DNA of 64,000 nucleotides from Selaginella moellendorffii (Eukaryota > Plantae > Lycopodiophyta), in the NCBI RefSeq assembly GCF_000143415.4, contig NW_003314296.1, positions 1,215,858 through 1,279,857 on the forward strand, given 5' to 3'. Position numbers and translations under genes: made by a program. The notes beneath the pieces were generated by a model. It worked only from the letters and a program-made list of their open reading frames with translations, was not told the origin of the DNA and made no database searches. Shown piece after piece: positions 62,856 to 64,000 of the stretch. The stretch's first letter is position 1. Each line of letters begins with the position of its first letter.

Positions 62856-64000
62856 TGTAAGCGACTAAATTTTCCATTCTACTTTAGTCCCTTAACCACA
62901 CCTCCAACCACTTTGAGGAGTCTCACTCACAACCTCCATAAGTCTTATTTCAGACTTGGGCTTGCTAGCCCCGAGAATGGCATCCCCGCCACTCAACCTT
63001 TGCACTTGATCCAAGTGCTCCACGTGTCCGATCCCATGACCGACACCCCAAGGTACCACTGACATATCAGCCCGTTACGCTAAGGCCATGCCCCTTTACC
63101 TTGGTCACACCGGAGGTCTAACACCACCTGCATCACAGTCCCATCTCTCAAGGACTGGGCCATCCGTCCATGAGTGATCATTCCAGATTCACTACTTAAC
63201 ATCCTTAGGATGCCTATAGACATGGGGAATAGCCTTCCCCAATATCCCTTTTCCAGTCTTCACCAAATCCCTTTCTGCCCATGGCCGTGTTCGCCAACAC
63301 TACCACTGGATCGAGGCCCACAGGCCTAACCACTAAGTCCCACAGTCCTCTAGGACTTCCTCACCACTCGACTGTATCCTTGGTCACTACACCAGAGGAC
63401 TACTCCTCTTCCTTTCCATAGTCTGGGCCTTTGGGACAACATTTCGGAACACTGTGGCCTTACGCGAGCCACCTGGGTACTCTCCCCGCCTTCCGCCCTT
63501 GGGTGCTCTAGCCATGGGCTTAAGGCGAGGTTCCGTTGAGCCACGCCTGGTATCCAAGTAGGTAGTGCCACCCACACTTGGACTGGGAGTATCAGCCAGT
63601 CGATCTCCTGGGGGAACTAGAGCCGGCTCTTGAACACTTCACCAAGCTACCCCGCTTGTCGGTCCGTGTTCACTCTAGTCTTGGACTTCCCAGTGGTCAG
63701 CTCATCACCCAACACTGGGTCTGGCCTTCCTGGGCCAAACTGGCCTTTCCTGGCCAAACTAGCTCCACTGGGCTTCAACCCCCACACTCTCCCTACTATA
63801 CTTTTGGAACCCCCCGTAGCCCCCCCCCCCCCCTGGGGGACGATCGCTTTGGGCTTTCACCCAACTGCCTGTATTAGTTATTAGTATTCAGACTCGGTCT
63901 CGGTCCCGGTCTCGGTTCCATCTCGGACTCCATCTCGGACTCCATCTCGGTTCCATCTCGGACTCCATATCGGACTCCACTTCAGGTCCATCTCGGACTC
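62856..64000 (-). mobile_element. Second LTR of the same family in opposite orientation (runs off window)
   Basis: Begins TGTAAGCG, the reverse complement of the LTR end at 41941, and is the reverse complement of ~40940-41941, followed by hexamer repeats. Confidence 0.85.

Overview
Eukaryotic plant nuclear DNA. The very short (~45-70 nt) GT-AG introns, tightly packed genes, telo-boxes and a PLS-class PPR gene resemble a lycophyte such as Selaginella; this is an inference, not a database result. Positions 1-30.1 kb are gene-dense: an NDB-type NAD(P)H dehydrogenase (3' part), a UGT fragment, tRNA-Ile(AAT), a small HSP, an inverted pair of frameshifted knottin-like peptide genes, eIF3d, a phytocyanin, a conserved unknown protein, NOC3, CHMP1/VPS46, a divergent WOX homeobox gene, a TSP1/EGF single-pass membrane protein, LSM3, a SWAP70-like PH protein, a DUF676 lipase, an unknown protein and a PPR gene. 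Positions 30.1-64 kb are repeat-rich: Helitrons (one complete, with its empty site visible), a near-identical inverted duplication, tRNA-like SINE heads, and gypsy, copia and LINE remnants. The most striking element is a decayed, intron-containing gene at ~52.6-56.2 kb. It fuses a ParB/Srx-like domain to a beta-class (N4C/N6A) DNA amino-methyltransferase and lies head-to-head with a GCM/WRKY-zinc-finger transposase-like gene (48.7-49.95 kb). Together they suggest a plant mobile element carrying prokaryote-type DNA-modification cargo. All calls come from manual translation and motif recognition, and exon boundaries are approximate.
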